From Macrostomum lignano (lineage: Eukaryota), in assembly GCA_002269645.1 (NCBI GenBank), contig NIVC01002154.1:62001-126000 (forward strand): a stretch of 64,000 nucleotides of DNA, read 5' to 3'. This document shows, piece after piece, positions 52,880 through 64,000 of the stretch. Position 1 is the stretch's first letter. Every line of letters begins with the position of its first letter. The notes beneath the pieces were generated by a model. That model worked only from the letters and a program-made list of their open reading frames with translations, was not told the DNA's origin and did not search any database. The position numbers were made by a program, and so were the translations under genes.

Positions 52880-54738
52880 AGAGCCCACCCCATCAACCCA
52901 CCATCTGACCCCACACCCCAGCACTCAGCCCTCCCCACCAACCCCACCATCTGACCCCACACCCCAGCACTCAGCCCTCCCCATCAACCCACCATCTGAC
53001 CCCACACCCCAGCACTCAGCCCTCCCCATCAACCCACCATCTGACCCCACACCCCAGCACTCAGCCCTCCCCATCAACCCACCATCTGACCCCACACCCC
53101 AGCACTCAGCCCTCCCCATCAACCCACCATCTGACCCCACACCCCAGCATTCAGCCCTCCCCACCAACCCACCATCTGACCCCACACCCCAGCATTCAGC
53201 CCTCCCCATCAACCCACCATCTGACCCCACACCCCAGCACTCAGCCCTCCCATCAACCCACCATCTGACCCCACACCCCAGCACTCAGCCCTCCCCCACC
53301 ATCTGACCCCACACCCAGCACTCAGCCCTCCCCATCAACCCACCATCTGACCCCACACCCAGCACTCAGCCCTCCCCATCAACCCACCATCTGACCCCAC
53401 ACCCCAGCACTCAGCCCTCCCCACCAACCCACCATCTGACCCCACACCCCAGCATTCAGCCCTCCCCATCAACCCACCATCTGACCCCACACCCCAGCAC
53501 TCAGCCCTCCCCATCAACCCACCATCTGACCCCACACCCCAGCATTCAGCCCTCCCCATCAACCCACCATCTGACCCCACACCCAGCACTCAGCCCTCCC
53601 CATCAACCCACCATCTGACCCCACACCCCAGCACTCAGCCCTCCCCACCAACCCACCATCTGACCCCACACCCCAGCATTCAGCCCTCCCCATCAACCCA
53701 CCATCTGACCCCACACCCCAGCATTCAGCCCTCCCCACCAACCCACCATCTGACCCCACACCCCAGCATTCAGCCCTCCCCATCAACCCACCATCTGACC
53801 CCACACCCCAGCACTCAGCCCTCCCACCAACCCACCATCTGACCCCACACCCCAGCACTCAGCCCTCCCCACCATCTGACCCCACACCCAGCACTCAGCC
53901 CTCCCCATCAACCCACCATCTGACCCCACACCCCAGCACTCAGCCCTCCCACCAACCCACCATCTGACCCCACACCCCAGCACTCAGCCCTCCCCATCAA
54001 CCCACCATCTGACCCCACACCCCAGCATTCAGCCCTCCCCACCAACCCACCATCTGACCCCACACCCCAGCATTCAGCCCTCCCCATCAACCCACCATCT
54101 GACCCCACACCCCAGCACTCAGCCCTCCCCACCAACCCCACCATCTGACCCCACACTCCAGCATCCAGCCCTCCCCACCAACCCCACCACCATCTGACCG
54201 CACACACCCAGCATTCAGCCCTCCCCACCAACCCCACCACCATCTGACCCCACACCCAGCACTCAGCCCTCCCCACCAATCCCACCACCATCTGACCCCA
54301 CACCCCAGCATTCAGCCCTCCCCACCAACCCCACCACCATCTGACCCCACACCCAGCACTCAGCCCTCCCCACCAACCCCACCACCATCTGACCCCACAC
54401 ACTCCAGCATCCAGCCCTCCCCACCAACCCCACCACCATCTGATCGCACACACCCAGCATTCAGCCCTCCCCACCAACCCCACCACCATCTGACCCCACA
54501 CCCAGCACTCAGCCCTCCCACCAACCCCACCACCATCTGACCCCACACCCCAGCATTCAGCCCTCCCACCAACCCCACCACCATCTGACCCCACACCCAG
54601 CACTCAGCCCTCCCCACCAACCTCACCATCTGACCCCACACCCAGCACTCAGCCCTCCCACCAACCCCACCATCTGACCCCACACCCAGCACTCAGCCCT
54701 CCCCACCAACCCCACCATCTGACCCCACACCCCAGCAC
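52880..54738. repeat. About 45-bp C-rich minisatellite (CAGCACTCAGCCCTCCCCATCAACCCACCATCTGACCCCACACCC)
   Basis: Read directly. The - strand carries multiple G-runs. Confidence 0.97.
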
Positions 54739-55904
54739 ACAGTCCTAGCTGTGCCGATTACAAAACCGATTTACAGCACTCTGAAATATATTTTCACCTT
54801 ATTCATATATATTGAAGCACTGAGCTTAAACTGTTCAGATAAGTGCAGTAGAATGAGTCTTGAACTTTAAGGTACACCGGAAATCCCTTTTTCCTCCACT
54901 ATTTTGTTCGACTTTACTGCTCAGGCTGAAGTCTGGAGTCACTTTTTGAAGCTTTGTTTGCAAAAATATGCTTATATTTTGTCAATGAGCTTGTCATGTG
55001 ATATAAATATTTCAAATACGTTTTAGATCGATTGATTATTATTTTTATCTCTATTTTTGTCGACTTTTTTTCCAGACGAATATTGCAAAGCTTTTATTCT
55101 TGGCAATTTTTAAACATTGCATCAATACACGATTGACAATTCCGGGCAATATTTGTCTGGTAATCAAAACTTGTACTTTTGTGTGTTGCAATAAAACCCA
55201 CTGGCTGTCAAGTATCTTGAATCATTTCAATCAAATTTGCTACATTTTGACGTGTGGGAAATTAACCTTTGAGCAGTGAATTGAGCAGGTTTGCTGTACT
55301 TTCTTGCTCCTCTCCCAGTAAAGCTGTGCAATTTGATGCATTCAATTGAGCATAGCTTTGTCGCAAGGGGCTCAGAATCTTAAATTGTTGGTACAATTTC
55401 CCCCAAAGTTTGATAGCTACTCAAGTAGGGAAACTATATACGTCTCTTGGAACATTTTAGGAGGCAGCTTTTACAGAAAAAAATACTTAAGGGAGATGGG
55501 GGTTTTCATTATTTTAGCACAAAAATTGTTACTGCCTTTGATAGGAGGCTGACCCAATGTTCATCTTTTGATGACTTGCTTTTCTTATATCTCATTTTTT
55601 GTAGACTCTTTGGAATCACATTCTGTGTGAATCATATCCGATGATTGGACTAAAAAACAAAAGATTAGGATAAACGAGCGTAAAACAAAAAACACAGTAC
55701 TACTAACTAATAGTAGTAAATGAGTATCTACTTCTAAAAAACTAAGTTAGTAAAACAAAATTAAGAAAAAATTTCAACTCTTTCTATAATGCCAATGAGA
55801 CTTACATCAGGCTTTGGATATATGCAAATTTGCTCAACTTTTAGACTGCGGCAAACTTCTGGCTTCATATTCTTTTTTTCAAGCTTGATATTGGGGTTCC
55901 GATG

Positions 55905-57865
55905 ATGAGATTGGAAATCTGATGGTAAGATTGGAAATCTGATGGTGAGATTGGGGATCTGATGCTGAGATTGGGGATCTGATGCTGAGATTGGAGATCT
56001 GATGGTGAGATTGGAAATCTGATGATGAGATTGGAGATCTGATGGTGAGATTGGGGATCTGATGCTGAGATTGGAGATCTGATGGTGAGATTGGAAATCT
56101 GATGGTGAGATTGGGGATCTGATGGTGAGATTGGGGATCTGATGCTGAGATTGGAGATCTGATGGTGAGATTGGAGATCTGATAGTGAAATTGGGGATCT
56201 GATGGTGAGATTAGGAATCGGATGGTGAGATTAGGAATCTGATGGTGAGATTGGGGATCTGATAGTGAGATTGGAAATCTGATGGTGAGATTAGGAATCG
56301 GATGGTGAGATTGGAGATCTGATGGTGAGATTGGAGATCTGATAGTGAGATTGGGGATCTGATGGTGCGATTGGAGATCTGATGGTGAGATTGGGGATCT
56401 GATTGTGAGATTGGAAATCTGATGGTGAGATTAGGAATCGGATGGTGAGATTGGAGATCTGATGGTGAGATTGGAGATCTGATGGTGAGATTGGGGATCT
56501 GATGGTGAGATTAGGAATCGGATGGTGAGATTGGAGATCTGATAGTGAGATTGGAAATCTGATGGTGAGATTAGGAATCGGATGGTGAGATTGGAGATCT
56601 GATGGTGAGATTGGAGATCTGATGGTGAGATTGGAGATCTGATGGTGAGATTGGAGATCTGATAGTGAAATTGGGGATCTGATGGTGAGATTGGGGATCT
56701 GATAGTGAAATTAGAGATCTGATTGTGAGATTGGACATTGGAGATCTGATGTTGAGATTGGGGATCTGATAGTGAAATTGGGGATCTGATGGTGAGATTA
56801 AGAATCGGATGGTGAGATTGGAGATCTGATGGTGAGATTGGGGATCTGATGGTGAGATTGGAAATCTGATGGTGAGATTGGAAATCTGATGGTGAGATTG
56901 GGGATCTGATGGTGAGATTGGGGATCTGATGGTGAGATTGGAGATCTGATAGTGAGATTGGAAATCTGATGGTGAGATTAGGAATCGGATGGTGAGATTG
57001 GAGATCTGATGGTGAGATTGGAGATCTGATAGTGAGATTGGGGATCTGATGGTGCGATTGGAGATCTGATGGTGAGATTGGGGATCTGATTGTGAGATTG
57101 GAAATCTGATGGTGAGATTAGGAATCGGATGGTGAGATTGGAGATCTGATGGTGAGATTGGAGATCTGATGGTGAGATTGGAGATCTGATGGTGAGATTG
57201 GAGATCTGATAGTGAAATTGGGGATCTGATGGTGAGATTAAGGATCTGATAGTGAAATTGGAGATCTGATTGTGAGATTGGACATTGGAGATCTGATGTT
57301 GAGATTGGGGATCTGATAGTGAAATTGGGGATCTGATGGTGAGATTAAGAATCGGATGGTGAGATTGGAGATCTGATGGTGAGATTGGAGATCTGATAGT
57401 GAGATTAGGAATCGGATGGTGAGATTGGAGATCTGATAGTGAAATTGGGGATCTGATAGTGAGATTGGAAATCTGATGTTGAGATTAGGAATCTGATGGT
57501 GAGATTGGGGATCTGATGGTGAGATTGGAGATCTGATAGTGAAATTGGGGATCTGATGGTGAGATTGGGGATCTGATGGTGAGATTGGAGATCTGATGGT
57601 GAGATTGGAGATCTGATAGTGAAATTGGGGATCTGATGGTGAGATTGGGGATCTGATAGTGAAATTGGAGATCTGATTGTGAGATTGGACATTGGAGATC
57701 TGATGGTGAGATTGGGGATCTGATAGTGAAATTGGGGATCTGATGTTGAGATTAAGAATCGGATGGTGAGATTGGAGATCTGATGGTGAGATTGGAGATC
57801 TGATGGTGAGATTGGAGATCTGATGCTGAGATTGGAGATCTGATGGTGAGATTAGAGACCTGATA
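55905..57865. repeat. 20-bp minisatellite (GATGGTGAGATTGGAGATCT)
   Basis: Read directly. It includes longer internal duplicated blocks. Confidence 0.97.
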
Positions 57866-58682
57866 GGGAGATCGGGGATCTGCTGGATTGCCAGATTTAC
57901 TTTCTATGAAATGGTCAGGCATTGCAAGGAATGTGACTGGCGCCAATTTCCAGTCACAGGCCCCGCACTTACAAACAACCTCTTCTCTGAGCGGGGACGC
58001 CGAAGCGAGATAGGGTGAAGCCTCTTTATAGGAGCTAAAAGTGGCCGGAACGGTTTGGCCGCGGCGGAAGATGTTAAGCTGGAGAGCGCTGCTCTATAGT
58101 AAGGCCATGGCAAAACATTTGGCTCAGAGGAAGCAAGGCTGAGTTGCCTGAGCTGTCACAGTTTGGGCCTCAAGTGGCCCTCTGTAACCTCGCAAAGGCT
58201 TTTCTATGGCAAGTACAGACCGCCGACAGCTCCAGCCTTCCTGAGCTGGAAACTTGCTGCCGCAAGTAAACTGCGTCGCTTGATCAGAAAAAACGGAGGG
58301 AAGTTACTTTACCGTTTCTCCTTCCCTCCCGCGCTGTCCTTGTATCACCGCCGGCTCAAAGCCTTCCTCAGCGGGAGGATTTCGGGTGAACTGAGTCACG
58401 GCACAGCGCAGTGGCACACTGCTCAAGCAATCCTAAGTCCTCCAGTCCCCTCCAGTCCCTGTCCCCCGATCTGCTCTCCCCTCCTGGCCCCGGGCGAGTG
58501 CCTCCAATAGGATCATCAGAGCCGGGTTGGCAAATTGAGATGCCATTTTACTCAATTCCAAGCTCATTTTGATTTGGAGCTCCCAGTCCTGGCGGCTCGT
58601 CTCCCTCTCCTAATTCTTCTTCGGTAATCCCAGATTAGAGTCCACATTAGACCAGCTCTTATTGAATGTAGCATCTTCGTCT

Positions 58683-59270
58683 ATGTCATTCCCGCCTGAA
58701 CTCTTGGCGACGACGGCCCTCCCGCCAACGAAGCTGTCATCAGCCGGTGTGGCCCCGTCAGCTCGTATCGCAGTGATCTCCACAGCCGTGGCCGTGTCGG
58801 TCCTGGCCAGCTTATTGTTCACTGTCTGCGTGCTGAAGGCCGTTATTCAGACTCGACGAAGCGACAGTGACGATGACGAAGAATCTGACGCCGGTGTCCG
58901 CAGTCAGTGCTGCCGCTGCTGCTGTCCAAGGAGAACCGGCGGGAGCAGTCTTGATTGCAGCGACTGCGAAGCCGCATTGGAAGCGCCGACCGAACCGATC
59001 CTGCGGCAGGCGTCCTCAACTCTGCTGATTCCCTGCACGGAGGACCTGGTCGTGTCGAACTGGCGATGCGGACTGTCAGCAAGGGAAGCGTCCAGCACAA
59101 CAGCGGCTGCGAGCTTCCTGTTGGTGCGGCAGGAGAGTGTGGACTGCGTGGCTGCGTCGGACGACGCCGGAGCTGCAGCGGCAGTGTCGCAAAGGTGGCG
59201 CAGCGGTCGTCGACCTGCAGGGTCTCATCAGCATGCTCAGCAGACGATAAAACGAGAATTCTTTGTTTAG
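58683..59270 (+). CDS. Hypothetical single-pass membrane protein (195 aa) with a Cys-rich cytoplasmic cluster
   Basis: GC-rich intronless ORF flanked by AT-rich DNA. It has one hydrophobic segment (IAVISTAVAVSVLASLLFTVCVL), then an acidic patch and QCCRCCCPRR. A YAG acceptor lies 11 nt before the ATG. I recognise no family. Confidence 0.45.
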   Translation: MSFPPELLATTALPPTKLSSAGVAPSARIAVISTAVAVSVLASLLFTVCVLKAVIQTRRSDSDDDEESDAGVRSQCCRCCCPRRTGGSSLDCSDCEAALEAPTEPILRQASSTLLIPCTEDLVVSNWRCGLSAREASSTTAAASFLLVRQESVDCVAASDDAGAAAAVSQRWRSGRRPAGSHQHAQQTIKREFFV

Positions 59271-61239
59271 TTTCGTAAAAGTACTGGACCGTACAGCATT
59301 GTTTTCGACAAAGAGTACCGTAAGACCTACTATATGTATATTGTACAGCGTACTTGCTTGTGCATGTACATTTACAATGTAAATGTAAAGCTACTTTTAT
59401 CACGGCCATGCATTGAGAAACAATGCATCTATCGAACCAAGAAACACTGTATTTCTCACCTTTAACCCACTATATTTACCTACTGTCATTTCCCTGTTTG
59501 CACGCGTGCATAGCTATGTACTGTTACTGCGGATTTACTGGAATCATGCTCAACAAATCATGGTCCTACATGTACATGTACAGTGTAATTGTTGCAGGAA
59601 TTCGGGATCTCACGGAACCTGGTTTTTACTATTTAATTAGACTAAAAATCATTCAGTAATCGAAAATTTCTTACATCTGACCTGGTAATGCCTATATTAT
59701 CTGTACTTAATTTATAGTCAAGTAGTTCAGTGACAGACAAACTGTTAATGTATATTGCACGTTTATACATGTAGTAGAATCAGCTATAAGTACTTATTGC
59801 ATAACTTTATCTAAAACTTGATCCTCAATGCTAATGTTCTTTAATTACAGAACTCTTATTCCCCTTTTTGCTTGACTCCGAGATCACATACGAGCGTAAA
59901 ATCGTCCCAACTACTCACATTAGTCCACATTACTCACTTCTAGACGTAAATGTGCGCGCATACACCAGAATGTTAGATTTCTTTTCTTAGTTTTAATATC
60001 ATAAATTTTATCTGTAATAATATTAGTATCCTCAACCAAAGAATAGATAAAGAATATTATTTATCTTTAATAATGAATAATATACACCAATGCTGATTTG
60101 TTTAAAGCTGCGCACTTAAATACCATGGATACCAAACAGCTATTTTAACGTATAAAATTCATAACTTTTAACACCACGTGTCATAACCCATATACTAAAA
60201 TTAGCTATCTAAAACTCGTGAATAGAGCAAAGAATTAAAATAATATAATTTATACAAGACAGAAGCATGATCCACTACACATTGATTCTATTGGTTTGAT
60301 TTTTATTCTATTTAAGGATGATACATATATTTGCAACAATGCTTAAAACGATGGACCGGACTGAAACACTCGGAAAGGCCGAAAAATCCTTAAAACGAGA
60401 AAGTCTAAGCTAAGTGATCAGTGTTTCAGTGACTAGCGAGATTGCAAGAAGTTTTGATTTTAACTAAAATGCCAGTATTTAATGGAGTTCTTTTCAGAAA
60501 ATTATAGCCACATTGGCACAATATTTCATTGTCAAATATTTGAGTGAATCTCTGGTATAATAAAATATACTCATATTCTCGTTTTCAATACTTCTCCCTT
60601 TATCAATTTACTCTGGATAAATATTCACTCACAAATAGAGATTTGAAGAGATCTTCTTAGGGACTGTCAAACAGGCAATATACCAACCAATAAAAATCTA
60701 ATCAGTTAAATTGTTAGCCAAACTTAAATCTAATGCATTTTATATTTATACTTGTTTATTTATTTACAAAGGAAATTTATCTGGACTTTTACAAAGGAAT
60801 TTCAAACAAAATTGAACAGATATTGTTTGTTTACTGAATTAGTGTTCAATTTTACCCATTTATTAATAATAATTTATTAACTAATTTATTAATAATAATT
60901 AGTTTGTATTTTTATGAAATCTTTTAGACTTCAAAGCTTTATATTTTGCACAGGGTGGACCATGAACCAATGATGGGTAAAAATAATCCAAAAAACCACC
61001 TGAGTTGCAGAGTTTTCTGAAACAAAAATAGACTTTTTGCATCTACGTTTTTATCACATTGACTATCATCAATGATTTATTGATACATGTAAAAAAATGA
61101 ATTCGAGATAAATACAATGGTGACTTAGCATTACGAGCTAGATGAACCATTTGATGTATGTATTGAGCTGGACTTAAAAATATTGAGTAGGATTTTTGTT
61201 ACCATGCGGTCCGCAAACTGGCTCAGTTGCAGCCCCGCC

Positions 61240-61791
61240 ATGCCCAACGTGAAGCTGCTCAGCAGCGACAATGAGATCATCGAGCTGGACTCGGACGCTC
61301 TGCGGCTCTCCGAGCGACTCCGCCGGCTGGCCGACTACCCCGGCGGCGATGGCCACGAGATCCCCGTGCCGAACGTCACCTCGGCGACGCTACGTCGCGT
61401 GGCCACCTGGTGCGCGCACCATCGGGACGACCCGGCGCCGCCCGAGGACGACGAGAACCGCCTGCAGCTCGGCAGCGTCGCTAGCGGCGTCTACGGCAGT
61501 GGCGGGGGCGGCGCGGTCTTCAGCGTGTGGGACAGCGAGTTCCTCAACCTGGAGCCCGTCTGCCTGTTCGAGCTGCTGCAGGCCGCCGCCTACCTAGACG
61601 TCCGCGGCCTCGTTGACGCCTGCTGTCTGGCCGTTGCCGATATGATCCGCGGCCGCGGCCCGGAAGACATTCGCAAAACCTTCAACATCAAGTGCGACCT
61701 GACGCCGCAGGAGGAGGAGCAGGTCAGGCAGGAGCTCGCCTGGTGCCACGACCCGCCGGAGGAGAAAAGCTCTGACTCACTGCCTGACTGA
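61240..61791 (+). CDS. SKP1: SKP1-like protein (divergent intronless paralog, 183 aa)
   Basis: MPNVKLLSSD..I, PVPNV, WCAHHRDDPAPPEDDEN, VWDSEFL, LFELLQAAAYLDVRGLVD..C..VADMIRG..PEDIRKTFNIK and EQVRQE..WC align across the full length of animal SKP1. The ATG is in a gccATG context. An upstream in-frame ATG exists at 61204. Confidence 0.92.
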   Translation: MPNVKLLSSDNEIIELDSDALRLSERLRRLADYPGGDGHEIPVPNVTSATLRRVATWCAHHRDDPAPPEDDENRLQLGSVASGVYGSGGGGAVFSVWDSEFLNLEPVCLFELLQAAAYLDVRGLVDACCLAVADMIRGRGPEDIRKTFNIKCDLTPQEEEQVRQELAWCHDPPEEKSSDSLPD

Positions 61792-61881
61792 CTGCCTGAC
61801 TGACTGACTGACTGACTGACTGACTGACTGACTGACTGACTGACTGACTGACTGACTGACTGACTGACTGACTGACTGACT
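61782..61881. repeat. (GACT)n microsatellite overlapping the SKP1-like stop codon
   Basis: Read directly. Confidence 0.97.
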
Positions 61882-62099
61882 ATCAACTCGTTTATTCGCT
61901 GTTCTTGCCACAAGCACTTTTTCCATGTTGTTTCTTTTTACTGATTATGTAATCAATATAACTCCCAGCCAACATCATAAAGCTAACTTTTCTTCTCCAG
62001 TATTTTAAAGTAGCTTAAAAAATTGCTATAATTGCCATTGACAATTCACTGCTGTTGTGCAGCCAGCGTTTGTAGTTACCTTGTAATTTTTTTGGCTTT

Positions 62100-62703
62100 T
62101 TGTATTGCTATCGGTATTGCATTGCTATCGGTATTGCATTGCTATCGGTATTGCATTGCTATCGGTATTGCATTGCTATCGGTATTGCATTGCTATCGGT
62201 ATTGCATTGCTATCGGTATTGCATTGCTATCGGTATTGCATTGCTATCGGTATTGCATTGCTATCGGTATTGCATTGCTATCGGTATTGCATTGCTATCG
62301 GTATTGCATTGCTATCGGTATTGCATTGCTATCGGTATTGCATTGCTATCGGTATTGCATTGCTATCGGTATTGCATTGCTATCGGTATTGCATTGCTAT
62401 CGGTATTGCATTGCTATCGGTATTGCATTGCTATCGGTATTGCATTGCTATCGGTATTGCATTGCTATCGGTATTGCATTGCTATCGGTATTGCATTGCT
62501 ATCGGTATTGCATTGCTATCGGTATTGCATTGCTATCGGTATTGCATTGCTATCGGTATTGCATTGCTATCGGTATTGCATTGCTATCGGTATTGCATTG
62601 CTATCGGTATTGCATTGCTATCGGTATTGCATTGCTATCGGTATTGCATTGCTATCGGTATTGCATTGCTATCGGTATTGCATTGCTATCGGTATTGCAT
62701 ATT
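62100..62703. repeat. Perfect 17-bp minisatellite (TATTGCATTGCTATCGG), about 35 units
   Basis: Read directly. Confidence 0.98.
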
Positions 62704-63065
62704 GTCGGCTCTGAACTACTGAGAGAAGTGAATAAAATTCACTTTGACACAGACTGCGAACTTAATCAATGAAATCAATGAAATCAAGGATTGTGTATCT
62801 TTCGGGCTGGACACTTATTTCGCCAGCAAACGGCTCTTGCTTAAACGAGTTCGTTAGTAATTACTTAGTAGTACCTGGAGCCTTGCTAGGCATGCCCAAC
62901 TTAAAAGTCTTCTTTGCTCATCTGACACGTATACATTGAAATTTTGTTTCAATTTCAATATATCTTTTATTTCTGTAAATGCCACTTGCGATCAAGTCAG
63001 TTCGAGCTTCACACACGGAAACAGCAGCTCTTCAGAGATAATGAAACATATTGCCATTTACTCAC

Positions 63066-64000
63066 AGCCAGTGCAATAATCCCTTTCTAAGCTAGTGCAA
63101 TAATCCCTTTCTAAGCTAGTGCAATAATCCCTTTCTAAGCTAGTGCAATAATCCCTTTCTAAGCTAGTGCAATAATCCGTTTCTAAGCTAGTGCAATAAT
63201 CCGTTTCTAAGCTAGTGCAATAATCCCTTTCTAAGCTATAGTGCAATAATCCCTTTCTAAGCTAGTGCAATAACCCTTTCTAAGCTAGTGCAATAATCCC
63301 TTTCTAAGCTAGTGCAATAATCCCTTTCTAAGCTACTGCAATAATCCGTTTCTAAGCTAGTGCAATAATCCCTTTCTAAGCCAGTGCAATAATCCCTTTC
63401 TAAGCCAGTGCAATAATCCCTTTCTAAGCTAGTGCAATAATCCCTTTCTAAGCTAGTGCAATAATCCCTTTCTAAGCTAGTGCAATAATCCCTTTCTAAT
63501 CTAGTGCAATAATCCCTTTCTAAGCTAGTGCAGTCATCCCTTTCTAAGCTAGTGCAATAATCCCATTCTAAGCTAGTGCAATAATCCCTTTCTAATCTAG
63601 TGCAATAATACCTTTCTAAGCTAGTGCAATAATCCCTTTCTAATCTAGTGCAATAATCCCTTTCTAAGCTAGTGCAATAATCCCTTTCTAATCTAGTGCA
63701 ATAATCCCTTTCTAAGCTAGTGCAATAATCCCTTTCTAAGCTAGTGCAATAATCCCTTTCTAAGCTAGTGCAATAATCCCTTTCTAAGCTAGTGCAATAA
63801 TCCCTTTCTAAGCCAGTGCAATAATCAATGTCTCAGCAGGTGAAACAATCCATGTCTCAGCAAGTGCAACAATCCATGTCCCAGCCAGTGCAATAATCCA
63901 TATCTCAGCCAGTGCAATAATCCATGTCTCAGCCAGCGCAATAATCCATATCTCAGCCAGTGCAATAATCCATATCTCAGCCAGTGCAGTAATCCATGTC
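63066..64000. repeat. 24-bp minisatellite (AGTGCAATAATCCCTTTCTAAGCT) changing to the variant AGTGCAATAATCCATATCTCAGCC after about 63830
   Basis: Read directly. It continues past the window end. Confidence 0.97.

Noticed and set aside
52739-57946. Repetitive ORFs in the C-rich and GATGGTGAGA arrays
   Set aside because: Minisatellite translations with no unique coding sequence.
62032-63246. CIAIGIALLSVLHCYRY and LERDYCTS repeat ORFs
   Set aside because: Translations of perfect 17-bp and 24-bp arrays. The 17-bp array is open in all three frames.

Overview
Eukaryotic (metazoan) genomic DNA: GC-rich coding exons, AT-rich intergenic DNA and a different minisatellite in almost every intron. This style suggests a flatworm such as Macrostomum, which is inference only. 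I reconstructed five protein-coding loci by hand from GT-AG junctions with consistent phases: a partial M13 neprilysin/ECE-like peptidase (- strand, running off the left edge), NUDT19, a divergent Nuclear Factor I (CTF/NFI)-like gene, an intronless single-pass membrane ORF and an intronless SKP1 paralog. The centre holds a 16.2-kb array of a 51-bp satellite (about 318 units). It is followed by an internally deleted DD34D mariner and a 2.6-kb tandem duplication. The most notable observations are: (1) many TA-CGAG-TA-type scars that match Minos-like excision footprints and the ends of the resident mariner; (2) an NFI-like protein that keeps the base-reading residues but has lost the redox cysteine and has a rewritten N-terminal helix; (3) the satellite appears to derive from the arm of an adjacent fold-back element and is built from palindromes plus a STAT-type GAS motif; (4) inverted minisatellites flank an in-frame three-exon block; (5) a 3' splice acceptor sits 7-12 nt upstream of the ATG of all five genes. 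All exon models are unverified by transcript data. There is no CRISPR array, rRNA or intact tRNA.
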